Positions 55,040-63,661 of a DNA stretch of 64,000 nucleotides are shown one piece after another (positions within the stretch are counted from its first letter, which is position 1; the number at the start of each line of letters is the position of its first letter). Source of the stretch: a virus; the IMG/VR virus record IMGVR_UViG_3300049893_001613, positions 32,444 to 96,443 of that record; one strand, given 5' to 3'. Under the pieces are notes generated by a model. It was given only the letters and a program-made list of their open reading frames with translations. It searched no databases and had not been told where the DNA came from. Both the position numbers and the translations under genes were made by a program.

Positions 55040-56057
55040 TGAATGCTGTTTTTAGTTTTGAACCAAGCCAGTTGTTACCGGCCGCATCGAGATACTTAAG
55101 AATAGCATCTATTGCTTCACTTGCTGTACATGCGTTATACATGAATGCATCATCATACCAGTCTTCCACGAAATATGCTTTCACGGCTTTGGTATAATCA
55201 TCAATTTCAGTAACTTCAACAGCTACGTTTACATTGTGTAATGCAACTGCAGGAGCCTGATTAGGTGCCGTTCCAAGTGTTACCAAGTCAGCAAAGTTAT
55301 CAAGCATAGTCATGTAAAGTCTGTTGCTTGGATCACTTTTCTCTTCTTTCTTATCTTTACTGTAATCTGTTTTAGGATAATGAGTAATAGTCTTTACAGG
55401 CTTTTTCAGTGCTTCTGCCTGTTCTATCAACCATTCATCCTGTTCATAAACTACTTCACACTTAGCCAGCCATACTGGTTTATGTGTAGTGGTTTTCTTA
55501 GCTACAGTTCTGTTGTTATCCTTTGTTGCCCAATTCTTGAGTTTATAAACAGTTCTTGTAAGAATAGTTTCTTCAACTTCAATAGCTACAGCAAGTTCAC
55601 AATCCACTTCACATGCGTAATTCACGATGAGTGAAAGGAACATAGGAAGCTTAGGAGCATTCTCATAGATGTCAGCTTTATCAGTTGAACTATGGAATAC
55701 AGGCATTGTATTATGCGAGTGAATCTTACCAATATACCACCCTGGTTCAGGATTCATTGGATCAATCTGTGGAAATGTTTCAAAGCACTTAATCCAGTCT
55801 TCATTTCCTTCGAAGCTGGTAAATGTAGCAGTACCGTAATCCATAGGGAATACAGCTTCCGCTCTTAATTCTAAATAAGCTTTATCGTCTTTGGGATCGA
55901 GGAACTGCTTTACGTCTCCTTCTTCCACTTTATAAATCAGTAGTCCTGACCACTCATCTCCTTTAGGGCATTGGTTATGCAAAAATTGGATTTGAGCCGA
56001 CAGCTGTGGCGTTAGCACTACTGTTACTTTTTTCTTTAAGGGAAATTCTTGTTGCAT
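54978..56057 (-). CDS. JAB/MPN+ metalloprotease (deubiquitinase-like)
   Basis: Likely start MQQEF at 56057. EWSG glutamate plus IHSHNTMPVFHSSTD (HxH-x7-S-x2-D). Confidence 0.85.
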   Translation of the reverse strand: MQQEFPLKKKVTVVLTPQLSAQIQFLHNQCPKGDEWSGLLIYKVEEGDVKQFLDPKDDKAYLELRAEAVFPMDYGTATFTSFEGNEDWIKCFETFPQIDPMNPEPGWYIGKIHSHNTMPVFHSSTDKADIYENAPKLPMFLSLIVNYACEVDCELAVAIEVEETILTRTVYKLKNWATKDNNRTVAKKTTTHKPVWLAKCEVVYEQDEWLIEQAEALKKPVKTITHYPKTDYSKDKKEEKSDPSNRLYMTMLDNFADLVTLGTAPNQAPAVALHNVNVAVEVTEIDDYTKAVKAYFVEDWYDDAFMYNACTASEAIDAILKYLDAAGNNWLGSKLKTAFNELKTEYYKLRTLQGSYMVR

Positions 56058-57240
56058 GATATTTGTATGTGTAAGCTGATTGAAGAAGTTTCTCATTTAC
56101 GAGTCTTGTTATCTCCTTCATAAAATTGCGTGAAAATCTTGTTCTCACTGTTTCTCCCGGAGCTGGGTTTGCTCCTTCAACGATTCTTCTTTCAATATTA
56201 AACAGTCTTATTAGTTCACCATCAAAAGAATCAATAGATGGTAATTGCGCTCCATTGTTGGCAACTCCAGCTACGTAATTCTGGCGGTCTTCGCTCCAGT
56301 TAACCATGTGGTGACCAAGACAATCTTCGTACTTGGGTATTAAACTACATTCAAACTCAAGAAAGTTTTTACTGTCTAAAGAAGGATCGAATACCAGAAC
56401 ACCATTGATGTCTGTAACGGTAGTTGAATTTGTCTGAAGGTACTTAAGTACATCAATGACTACGTCAGGAATGCTTTCTTCGTCTAGTTCAGCTGTGTAA
56501 ATCTCATTATCAGGATCCTGATCTTCATAAACTTCAGGACTGTATCCGTTAAAGTTACGGTTCACCCCCATATCTGCAAGTAAGTGATATGGAGTGCCTT
56601 CTATACTTTCCCATTCAAGGAAAGATTTCATCTGCATGAGAAAGAATTCAAATTCTTCTTCAGTAAATGCTTCTTTATCACAGTCATTAAGGAATTTAGC
56701 AAAGCCTCTATCAGAAGCTCCAAGACAGAAGTAATCAAAATTAGTATAGCTTAAAAGATGTGAATGAGCATATCCTCCTCTTAGTTCTACTGATTGAAAA
56801 CTGTATCTCTTACCTTCAGGCTGACCTACAATAGCTCCTGTAGTTTCATTGATAGGTATGCGGACTACGAGATCATAAATATCGTGTTCAATACCAATTG
56901 TGTTTGTTATTAATAAATGCGGGTAGTAGAGATACAAATAGCCATGCTTGGTTAACCATCCATTAGGGTGGTAAATATCAAGAGTAGGTTTGAATGCATC
57001 AATAGCAACTGGAAGAATCACTTCCTGAATCATTTCATTTGGAACAATTACTTTAGAGGTACTTGAAGCTCTAATATGTTTATTCCTTACTGCAGTAAAC
57101 GGTCCAATATGTTGAACTGGTTCTACTTCATAATAATCAAGATTGATTGGTAATGAACGTCCATCAAGTGCTGTAACTTCTTTGCCATAAAGATTCTTCA
57201 GGTCTTTAGTAAAGACTATTTTAGCGTGTCTTGTTCTCAT
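55975..57240 (-). CDS. prokaryotic E2-like (ubiquitin-conjugating fold) protein
   Basis: YAHSHL-x7-FCLG resembles the E2 HPN..(I/F)CLG active-site region (Cys172); sits between a Ubl and a JAB gene. Confidence 0.6.
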   Translation of the reverse strand: MRTRHAKIVFTKDLKNLYGKEVTALDGRSLPINLDYYEVEPVQHIGPFTAVRNKHIRASSTSKVIVPNEMIQEVILPVAIDAFKPTLDIYHPNGWLTKHGYLYLYYPHLLITNTIGIEHDIYDLVVRIPINETTGAIVGQPEGKRYSFQSVELRGGYAHSHLLSYTNFDYFCLGASDRGFAKFLNDCDKEAFTEEEFEFFLMQMKSFLEWESIEGTPYHLLADMGVNRNFNGYSPEVYEDQDPDNEIYTAELDEESIPDVVIDVLKYLQTNSTTVTDINGVLVFDPSLDSKNFLEFECSLIPKYEDCLGHHMVNWSEDRQNYVAGVANNGAQLPSIDSFDGELIRLFNIERRIVEGANPAPGETVRTRFSRNFMKEITRLVNEKLLQSAYTYKYHATRISLKEKSNSSANATAVGSNPIFA

Positions 57241-57255
57241 AGAATTATGTAAGAA

Positions 57256-57296
57256 TAAAGTGAAAAGTGAGGTCCTGAGACCCCACTCTTACTTTA
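57256..57296 (-). terminator. terminator/attenuator hairpin inside the Ubl cassette
   Basis: AGTGGGGTC-TCAG-GACCTCACT followed by TTTCACTTT on the - strand; the stem can extend to TAAAGT/ACTTTA. Confidence 0.6.
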
Positions 57297-57301
57297 CAAT
57301 C

Positions 57302-57436
57302 CTAAAAAGGAAGGCTGTCGTCTTTGGAAGTATTTGGTAGGAATTCGTAATCGGGTATTGTTTTTATAAACTCATCGATTATTTCTTCTACTTCCGGCAG
57401 GACAACTTCTTCATTTGTTTTATCTTCCGGAGTCAT
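57302..57436 (-). CDS. 44-aa acidic peptide ending in DDSLPF (SSB C-terminal-like; not in ORF track)
   Basis: MTPEDKTNEEVVLPEVEEIIDEFIKTIPDYEFLPNTSKDDSLPF*; ATG overlaps the end of the Ubl gene. Confidence 0.6.
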   Translation of the reverse strand: MTPEDKTNEEVVLPEVEEIIDEFIKTIPDYEFLPNTSKDDSLPF

Positions 57437-57674
57437 TTTTGTCAACTAAGAAATAGATAACAATATCTCCTTCCGGTAATCGTTGTGTGTCGCTGGTGAT
57501 GGCTGTTCCTTTGTTAGGACCTTCACCTTTGAGCCATGCTTTCATCCCCATAGATTTAGCTTCGATGTCAGGAGATTCGTTTTTCAACTCTCCCCAGCTT
57601 TCAGCAGCAGAATAATGCGTGCTGGCACCTGACATGTTAGCGGTGGATGCATAGGTTACTTTACGTGTTGTCAT
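57420..57674 (-). CDS. ubiquitin-like (beta-grasp) protein
   Basis: 84 aa. RKVTY strand, SWGELK helix, LPEGD-IVIYFLV final strand, C-terminus KNDSG-R. First gene of the E2-JAB-E1 run. Confidence 0.65.
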   Translation of the reverse strand: MTTRKVTYASTANMSGASTHYSAAESWGELKNESPDIEAKSMGMKAWLKGEGPNKGTAITSDTQRLPEGDIVIYFLVDKNDSGR

Positions 57675-57676
57675 GA

Positions 57677-57943
57677 TTAGAATTCTTCTTTAAGAATTTT
57701 CTCAGCAAGCACTAAGTCTGCTTGGTTTTGTGCAACTTCTTTAGTCAATTGGAAGATACGATCAATTGAGAATGATGAACTTCCAAGAGCTTGTTCGTAA
57801 GCAGCACTTAATGTTGCAGCTTGTGCTTTAAGAGATGAGATTTTTTGTTCTACCTGAGCTTTGGCGTTTGCTTCAACCAGGTTGTTAGCTTTTGCAGCTT
57901 TTTCGTCTTTACCTTCATTCAGGCGTTCAAGAAATTTTGACAT
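57677..57943 (-). CDS. coiled-coil hypothetical protein
   Basis: 88 aa, helical heptads. Confidence 0.6.
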   Translation of the reverse strand: MSKFLERLNEGKDEKAAKANNLVEANAKAQVEQKISSLKAQAATLSAAYEQALGSSSFSIDRIFQLTKEVAQNQADLVLAEKILKEEF

Positions 57944-57958
57944 ATTTATTATTTGAGT

Positions 57959-58324
57959 TTACGTTTTTTTCCGTTTTTTACGAGTAACGGGCTCGGGTAC
58001 AAAACTATTGTTTCGGTCGTGATATGCATAGAACATAGAGTTACACATTATGTGTCCTATCAGATGTTCCATTGATTCATGATCAGTTTCTGCTTTTCCT
58101 TCATTCATAGCATCTACTAAATCACCACAATGACGAACAAGACTGTCGAGTATTTCACTCTTGACTAATCCTTTTCTCCAGTTATTTGGTGCATATTTTT
58201 CGCTTCCAAACATTAGAACCCGTACCATGGGTTCCAGTGATTTGAAGTCGATTAAAGAATACTTAGGCTTCCCGGTATTAAACCGCTGGGACTTCTGCCT
58301 TTTTCCTTTCTGAGAAAGGGACAT
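57959..58324 (-). CDS. dATP/dGTP diphosphohydrolase-like (DUF5664-type) protein
   Basis: RFNTGKP..SL, FG..KY...NWRKG, SL.RH, D.ES..HL.H...N motifs. Confidence 0.8.
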   Translation of the reverse strand: MSLSQKGKRQKSQRFNTGKPKYSLIDFKSLEPMVRVLMFGSEKYAPNNWRKGLVKSEILDSLVRHCGDLVDAMNEGKAETDHESMEHLIGHIMCNSMFYAYHDRNNSFVPEPVTRKKRKKT

Positions 58325-58619
58325 AATTCCTTACTTTAGAACCTACTTCTTCCATAAGCACAGCTGCCACTTTATCTACAAAACTACGGGAGATTGATTG
58401 CCCGGTAGTGAATAAACTAAATGTGGAATTCTTATGTGCTCTGCCTTTAGCAATCAACACACCAAGTTCTGGTTTGCTTTCCTGATCCGTTGGATTACGT
58501 AATGCAATTCCAAACGTTACAGCGTTGTAACCTTCACCTGGGTGAACTTCTGCAGCGAGAGTAAGTGTCCTTCCCTCACCAATGTCTTTCTGTGGATAGA
58601 CAATTAAGGCATTTTTCAT
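58278..58619 (-). CDS. hypothetical protein
   Basis: 113 aa; G.A..NP.DQ....G..IA.GRA motif common in phage proteins. Confidence 0.55.
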   Translation of the reverse strand: MKNALIVYPQKDIGEGRTLTLAAEVHPGEGYNAVTFGIALRNPTDQESKPELGVLIAKGRAHKNSTFSLFTTGQSISRSFVDKVAAVLMEEVGSKVRNYVPFSERKKAEVPAV

Positions 58620-58626
58620 TGATTTT

Positions 58627-59613
58627 TCATGTTAATAATTGAGTAATAATGGCTTCCGCCTCTTGAAATCCTACAGCATTGCAGAGATCTGTTTTATCTT
58701 TAGCACTATCAAGGAAACGTACTTTCATCCAAGGGTACTTGGCGATGTATTTTTCTGTTTGTAGTTTTCCTGCCGGATCCGGATCTAATGTAAGATAGAT
58801 TTCTTTGAACCGGTCCTTCAATTCAAGAATAAAAGGTTCGGGTATCATTGTAGTTTCACTCTTACCACAAACAGCATTATAACCAAGACGTCTGCAAAAA
58901 ATGACATCCTTACAGGATTTGTCTATTATTAGCTTGTCTCCTGTCGGGGGAAGTTGCATGTAACCAAAGAAGTAATTCTCTGGTAAATCATTCCTGAATT
59001 TATAACGTTTGTCTGCGTAAGGGCTGTACAATTGATAGAACTCGCCAATTCTGTATGCAAAGGTTGGCTCAGGTGCTGTAATAGGAGCCGGCTGCCCCTG
59101 ATATGTCCAGTAATACCTGACTTGAGAGGTGTTATAGAAATCCAGGAGAGGTTTATCAATCGATAACCTGCTCCAGAACTCTATACCTTTTGGGCTTAAC
59201 GCCTGCTCAACGATCCTGATTTTGATTTCCCCAAGAATAGGTTTCTCATACCAGATGATCTTTTCCTTCCTTACAGGATTAGCAGTATCGTATCCTAATG
59301 CAAAATCTGCATTGATGCGTGCTAAAACTTCCTGTGTATTGTTTAATTGTTCAACTTTCTGTATTAACTTAAAGATAGTACCGGATTCTCCTGTCGCATG
59401 GTCTTTCCACATGTATTCAACGTGTGGTGATGCAGATTCAAAAATAGAAAAACTTGGGTAGTTGTCTTTACGGTAATAAGGAGCATGATACGCTTTACCT
59501 GGAATTAAAGGATCCAGATTCGTATAATAACAATACAGGGTATACTCGTCTACTGCCTGCAGGACTGTTTCTTCAGTCAATATAATGGACTTGTATAATT
59601 CGTCAAAGTCCAT
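58627..59613 (-). CDS. DNA primase (crAss-like, TOPRIM)
   Basis: R.DN.PSF, WKDHATGESG, KS.KDV, SET, LDPDPAG and KDKTD motifs. Confidence 0.8.
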   Translation of the reverse strand: MDFDELYKSIILTEETVLQAVDEYTLYCYYTNLDPLIPGKAYHAPYYRKDNYPSFSIFESASPHVEYMWKDHATGESGTIFKLIQKVEQLNNTQEVLARINADFALGYDTANPVRKEKIIWYEKPILGEIKIRIVEQALSPKGIEFWSRLSIDKPLLDFYNTSQVRYYWTYQGQPAPITAPEPTFAYRIGEFYQLYSPYADKRYKFRNDLPENYFFGYMQLPPTGDKLIIDKSCKDVIFCRRLGYNAVCGKSETTMIPEPFILELKDRFKEIYLTLDPDPAGKLQTEKYIAKYPWMKVRFLDSAKDKTDLCNAVGFQEAEAIITQLLT

Positions 59614-59622
59614 AATAGACTA

Positions 59623-60303
59623 TTAGGTTGTTTTTGCAAATAGAGCAGCCGCGGTTGTAGCATCTTCCTTAGATACTACAGACTCACCGGTTACAGGATC
59701 AGGGATGTTAAGTCCATTATCCAGTTCGTATTTGCTGTATTTTAACTTAGATGTTGGCACAGTCATAGGTTCGATGAACGGATAACTGTCTAAGAAACGT
59801 GTACGAAGCTTAGGGAAGTGCTTAGCTTTCGACTGACGAATGAAGAGCATTCTCATTTTCTTACCTGTTTCTCCAACATAAGGAGTCATTTGTTTGATGA
59901 ACTGTTCAACAATATTAGCATAGATCTTGTCAATGACAGCCTGTGTCTTAATACGTGTTTCAAAGTTCTCGTTAGTCAGTCCGGTACCGGCAAGAATATC
60001 CCATTTGATGTTGCTTGTAGTGGTGTATTGTTGTAGAATACGATCCAGAGGATCTTTCACTTCGGCAATCTTCTTCAATAGGTTTTCTTTGGTGTCTGTC
60101 TGACCCTGATTATCTTCCAACCGAGGAGGGAAGATTAGGAAATCCTGTTCTTTTTGGTCTAATGTAATGGAACCACTGGCATTGAGTGCGGTCATTGGGT
60201 CTACATCACCCACTTGTTTTACACCGATTACCAGGCTTCCTTTGTCGTTCTTAGTTGTCTTAGTGATAACAATGTTATCATGGATTCCTACTGGTAGGCT
60301 CAT
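59623..60303 (-). CDS. crAss-like replication protein (possible ssDNA-binding protein)
   Basis: VGIHDNI start and FIEPM motif; positioned between the AAA ATPase and the primase. Confidence 0.45.
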   Translation of the reverse strand: MSLPVGIHDNIVITKTTKNDKGSLVIGVKQVGDVDPMTALNASGSITLDQKEQDFLIFPPRLEDNQGQTDTKENLLKKIAEVKDPLDRILQQYTTTSNIKWDILAGTGLTNENFETRIKTQAVIDKIYANIVEQFIKQMTPYVGETGKKMRMLFIRQSKAKHFPKLRTRFLDSYPFIEPMTVPTSKLKYSKYELDNGLNIPDPVTGESVVSKEDATTAAALFAKTT

Positions 60304-60318
60304 AGATTATAAAAATAG

Positions 60319-60963
60319 TTAATTAGTTACTGTGTCATTGGCTACAGTAGACGTTATCCCAGCAGTAGCTGGTGTCTGTGTAGCAGTTGCTTTTAGATTC
60401 TCTGGAGTATTAACCGGATAGAATGTGATGTTCTCACGTCTTTCGTAGGTCTTCTCTCCCTTGTTTGCTCCTCGTTCTACTACTTTAGGAACAGTAGCGA
60501 TACCATCCTTCATTGTAATAGGATATTCTGTTACTACTTGCAGGTCACAATACTTCTGGTCATCTGTAAGATAACCCATAGAGCGCACCAGCTCGAGTAA
60601 CATAGGTGAAGTGCTTCCCTGTACATACACACTGGATTTAGGAGTTCCATCTTCATTATACCGGCATGTACCGAACAGATCAATTTTAGCTTCAGTCTTG
60701 GGAACGAATCCAAATATAATCATTCTTGGAAATTGGGCAGTTGGTATCCACTCGCTTGAGTCGATTACGTCAATGCCATTTGTCTGTGCTTGTTCGTCTT
60801 TATTACCATATTCCAGATTGAACTTGTTTACAAGGTCTGCACTGGGATAGACCTCCCCGTTAGGGAAGATACGAAGGGTTAAACCTTCTGGTGTTTTTGT
60901 CTTTGGAGTTCTCTGGCGCCCTGTATCAACCAGGGTTAAGCCATTTAAAAATGAATAATCCAT
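60319..60963 (-). CDS. hypothetical protein
   Basis: 214-aa ORF coupled to the AAA ATPase stop. Confidence 0.6.
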   Translation of the reverse strand: MDYSFLNGLTLVDTGRQRTPKTKTPEGLTLRIFPNGEVYPSADLVNKFNLEYGNKDEQAQTNGIDVIDSSEWIPTAQFPRMIIFGFVPKTEAKIDLFGTCRYNEDGTPKSSVYVQGSTSPMLLELVRSMGYLTDDQKYCDLQVVTEYPITMKDGIATVPKVVERGANKGEKTYERRENITFYPVNTPENLKATATQTPATAGITSTVANDTVTN

Positions 60964-61640
60964 TAGTTACCGTTTTGGTAATTGTGAATAGTCTTAATCA
61001 CCTGATTCATGTCATTAGGAATAAGTAATTCCGTAAAGCATCCTTTAGGTGTTTTAGCATCGTGAGTTCCATTCTTGTTAGTCAGGAATCTGTATTCGAT
61101 GTTCTTATCTGAATTCACTACAAGTGAGTGGAGCACGTAAGTAAAGTAAGATGGTGGTTTGATGTCCTTATCCAGGAGTTTACCTGGACTGAGCATAGCA
61201 ATAATACCGGTATCATGCATTTCTGTATGACCGTTGTATACTATTGTTAAGTCATCGCGATACGTTTCACCCAGTGCAATTACACGGGCAATATCGCTTG
61301 CAAGTTCACCCCACTTTGCAAATGCATCGTTACCTAACTTCCTTGCCATAAATTCAGAGGAGGTTGTTCTGGCATTATAGAAGTGTGTTAAATCTTCTAC
61401 AAGCACTGCTTTAATGTGTTTGAGGTCGTTGTTCACAGTATTAAGAACTGTAGGAATATCAACCAGTTTATTGGTTTGAATTCTGTTCTTACCTACTATG
61501 TATTGCTTGGCAGACCCAGGCCATGGTAATGGTTTCGAATTTGGACTGATGATCAGTGTTGTTTCCGGATCCATTGATTCCCATGCTGTACTTTTTCCTG
61601 TACCCTGGTCACCGATTACGAGTATTTGTGTTGCTGGCAT
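60963..61640 (-). CDS. AAA_24/Sak4-like ATPase
   Basis: GDQGTGKST, VEDL, GH.E, GKLLD, AKTP.G.F motifs. Confidence 0.8.
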   Translation of the reverse strand: MPATQILVIGDQGTGKSTAWESMDPETTLIISPNSKPLPWPGSAKQYIVGKNRIQTNKLVDIPTVLNTVNNDLKHIKAVLVEDLTHFYNARTTSSEFMARKLGNDAFAKWGELASDIARVIALGETYRDDLTIVYNGHTEMHDTGIIAMLSPGKLLDKDIKPPSYFTYVLHSLVVNSDKNIEYRFLTNKNGTHDAKTPKGCFTELLIPNDMNQVIKTIHNYQNGN

Positions 61641-62123
61641 TTAAAAATTTATAAAACTTGTGTTATTCTTGTACCTATTAGAAAGCATATTCCATAAACT
61701 AAATCTGTTGTAACCATGAGCCCTAGCAGCTTCTGATATAGATTCGTAGAAAATACCTGTCTCTGTGTTTAAAACAGTAACAGCTTTTCCACCTTTAAAA
61801 ATACCCTTCTTACTCTCACTAATTTTAGCTTTAGACAATGAACTATGAGAAGCTGAAAAGCCTTCACCACCTGCTGTAAGATTAACTAAACTACCTGTAG
61901 GTTTTCTTCCATACAAAGCAATAAATTCAATTTCTTTCAAACAAGCTTCTTCCCACGTAATATCTTCAAATAGAATCTCAATTTCGTAAGAGGTTTTAGC
62001 TATTACTCTTTTCCAGAAATCAGATCTTCCTTCTTTAGAAAAAGCACGATCTGCGGTAAGACCAATACCTACGTAAAAGACTTCATTCTTATCTGTTCTA
62101 ATATGTCTATATAAACAAGCCAT
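61641..62123 (-). CDS. GIY-YIG homing endonuclease with NUMOD-type DNA-binding tail
   Basis: LYRHIR.D..EVFYVGIG...RA, E..FI..YGR, LVNLT.GGEG, HS..SK.KIS, YESISEAAR motifs. Confidence 0.85.
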   Translation of the reverse strand: MACLYRHIRTDKNEVFYVGIGLTADRAFSKEGRSDFWKRVIAKTSYEIEILFEDITWEEACLKEIEFIALYGRKPTGSLVNLTAGGEGFSASHSSLSKAKISESKKGIFKGGKAVTVLNTETGIFYESISEAARAHGYNRFSLWNMLSNRYKNNTSFINF

Positions 62124-63172
62124 CAGTGCCGAGTTGCTAATGTATATTGCTCCTGTGTCATGTCTTTGGCATCAGGCATCTGTGTAAAGACACCTACTGC
62201 ACCATCAAACTTTAATGGTATGAATTTGTTGTTCTGTCCATATCTGTTCTTCATAACGTGAGCACTTCTGAACCAGCTTCTCAGCTGAGAAATATCATAA
62301 CCCCTGAATACTGTTTCTTCTTCTTTCATATGGCGTGAAGGATCGTAAAGACCAACTACTACATCAGCATCTTTAACTGGTCGTTTAGAATCTTCAAAGT
62401 CACGTAACAATGGTGTTTTAATACCATATCTGCTACGATCGACTGCACTGATTTCAGCATTGAACTGCTGGATTATAATAGGAGTAAACTTGCATTTATT
62501 CCTGAACCATACGCTTAACCTGCTTATCCTGTCAATCGTGGATTTAACTGTATCATGGCCTGAATCAACTTCAGCTAGGTTAACAGTATCCACTACAACA
62601 ATCACATACAGGTTTGGGTTATTGGGTGTGTAATCACCACATTCGCTTATCCATCTGCCTTCTTTACTGAAGGTACCGTTAGCACGGGCAATGGTTAACA
62701 GAATATCGTGATACTTATTGGGTGTAATGTCTTCATCAAATACTAAGCTCTTCTTCTCAAATTCTTCAAGATATGGAGCAATAGTTTGCTGTAATATAAG
62801 ATTGTTTTCATCAGAGAGATTCTTGAATACTTCTTTAACCGGGATGATCTTACCATAATCAAAGAAAAACTTCCTTGTTATAGCAGAACCCATGTTAATA
62901 GTAGGACTCATCTCAAGACTGAAGTCCACAAACAGTACATCAAGTTTGGACGGATCATTGATACGTTTAAACTCTTCATATACGGTGTGAACATGTTTGT
63001 CTCTGACCCAGGCTGTTTTACCAACAGTGGTTTCAGCACCGTACAGGTACATGATTCCCTGTGTAGTACCGTCAATAAATTCATCGAATTTAGGAATACG
63101 TGTAGGAACAGACTGAATAATACCACTCCTGCCTCTTTCAACAAGATCAAGGGTTCGTTTAAGTATACTCAT
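62123..63172 (-). CDS. dnaB: DnaB-like (SF4) replicative helicase
   Basis: AETTVGKT, FSLEM, VVVD, IQQFN, DADVV.GL and KNRYG motifs. Confidence 0.8.
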   Translation of the reverse strand: MSILKRTLDLVERGRSGIIQSVPTRIPKFDEFIDGTTQGIMYLYGAETTVGKTAWVRDKHVHTVYEEFKRINDPSKLDVLFVDFSLEMSPTINMGSAITRKFFFDYGKIIPVKEVFKNLSDENNLILQQTIAPYLEEFEKKSLVFDEDITPNKYHDILLTIARANGTFSKEGRWISECGDYTPNNPNLYVIVVVDTVNLAEVDSGHDTVKSTIDRISRLSVWFRNKCKFTPIIIQQFNAEISAVDRSRYGIKTPLLRDFEDSKRPVKDADVVVGLYDPSRHMKEEETVFRGYDISQLRSWFRSAHVMKNRYGQNNKFIPLKFDGAVGVFTQMPDAKDMTQEQYTLATRH

Positions 63173-63661
63173 TTAGTCTTCCCACTTGTTTTCACCATCC
63201 ACCTTTATTTCTTTACCCCACTCATCGTATGCTGATTTCCAGATACCATCATTGAGGTAATTGCTGAGCAATTTCTTATATGTTACAGTTTGATAATAGT
63301 TCTTAGTTGACTGGGTAAGCCTCTGGTAATCTATATTAGGATCATTGACGATCTTCATAAGATTGTTTGCAGCAAGTACTGAATACTGCCGAACAGTATA
63401 GATACCACCATCAGGTGCTTTCACTCTCCATGGTACTTCAGCATCTTCTACAAACTTATTCCATACGGCTTTCTTATCTGTTTCTGTTGGTCGTGTTATT
63501 GTTGTTCTTGCTGTAGTAATAGGCATAGCTATAGGAGTCTCATCATTCAATGCAAATCCTCCCAGTTCATTGTTTACCTTTTGAGTAAGAACAAACTGTC
63601 TGCCTACCATAATCCCGTAATCGTTATCCAGTAACCACTGAACTGTCTCACGTAAATTCAT
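63173..63661 (-). CDS. hypothetical replication-associated protein
   Basis: 162 aa; Y.K.L.NYL....W motif; directly upstream of DnaB. Confidence 0.5.
   Translation of the reverse strand: MNLRETVQWLLDNDYGIMVGRQFVLTQKVNNELGGFALNDETPIAMPITTARTTITRPTETDKKAVWNKFVEDAEVPWRVKAPDGGIYTVRQYSVLAANNLMKIVNDPNIDYQRLTQSTKNYYQTVTYKKLLSNYLNDGIWKSAYDEWGKEIKVDGENKWED

Noticed and set aside
57420-57445. Programmed frameshift fusing the Ubl to the acidic peptide at C-AAA-AAT
   Set aside because: It would need a +1/-2 shift without a canonical slippery heptamer and would remove the Ubl Gly; independent initiation at the overlapping ATG is simpler.
57959-58324. 2-aminoadenine (dZ) or 7-deazaguanine genome modification
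   Set aside because: No PurZ, DatZ, DpdA or Que genes are in the window; this gene alone is insufficient.
43114-62123. Group I introns or inteins carrying the HNH and GIY-YIG genes
   Set aside because: Flanking genes are complete, the endonucleases abut or overlap neighbours with no room for an intron core, and no intein C/S...HN-C/S/T insert is evident in DnaB or primase.
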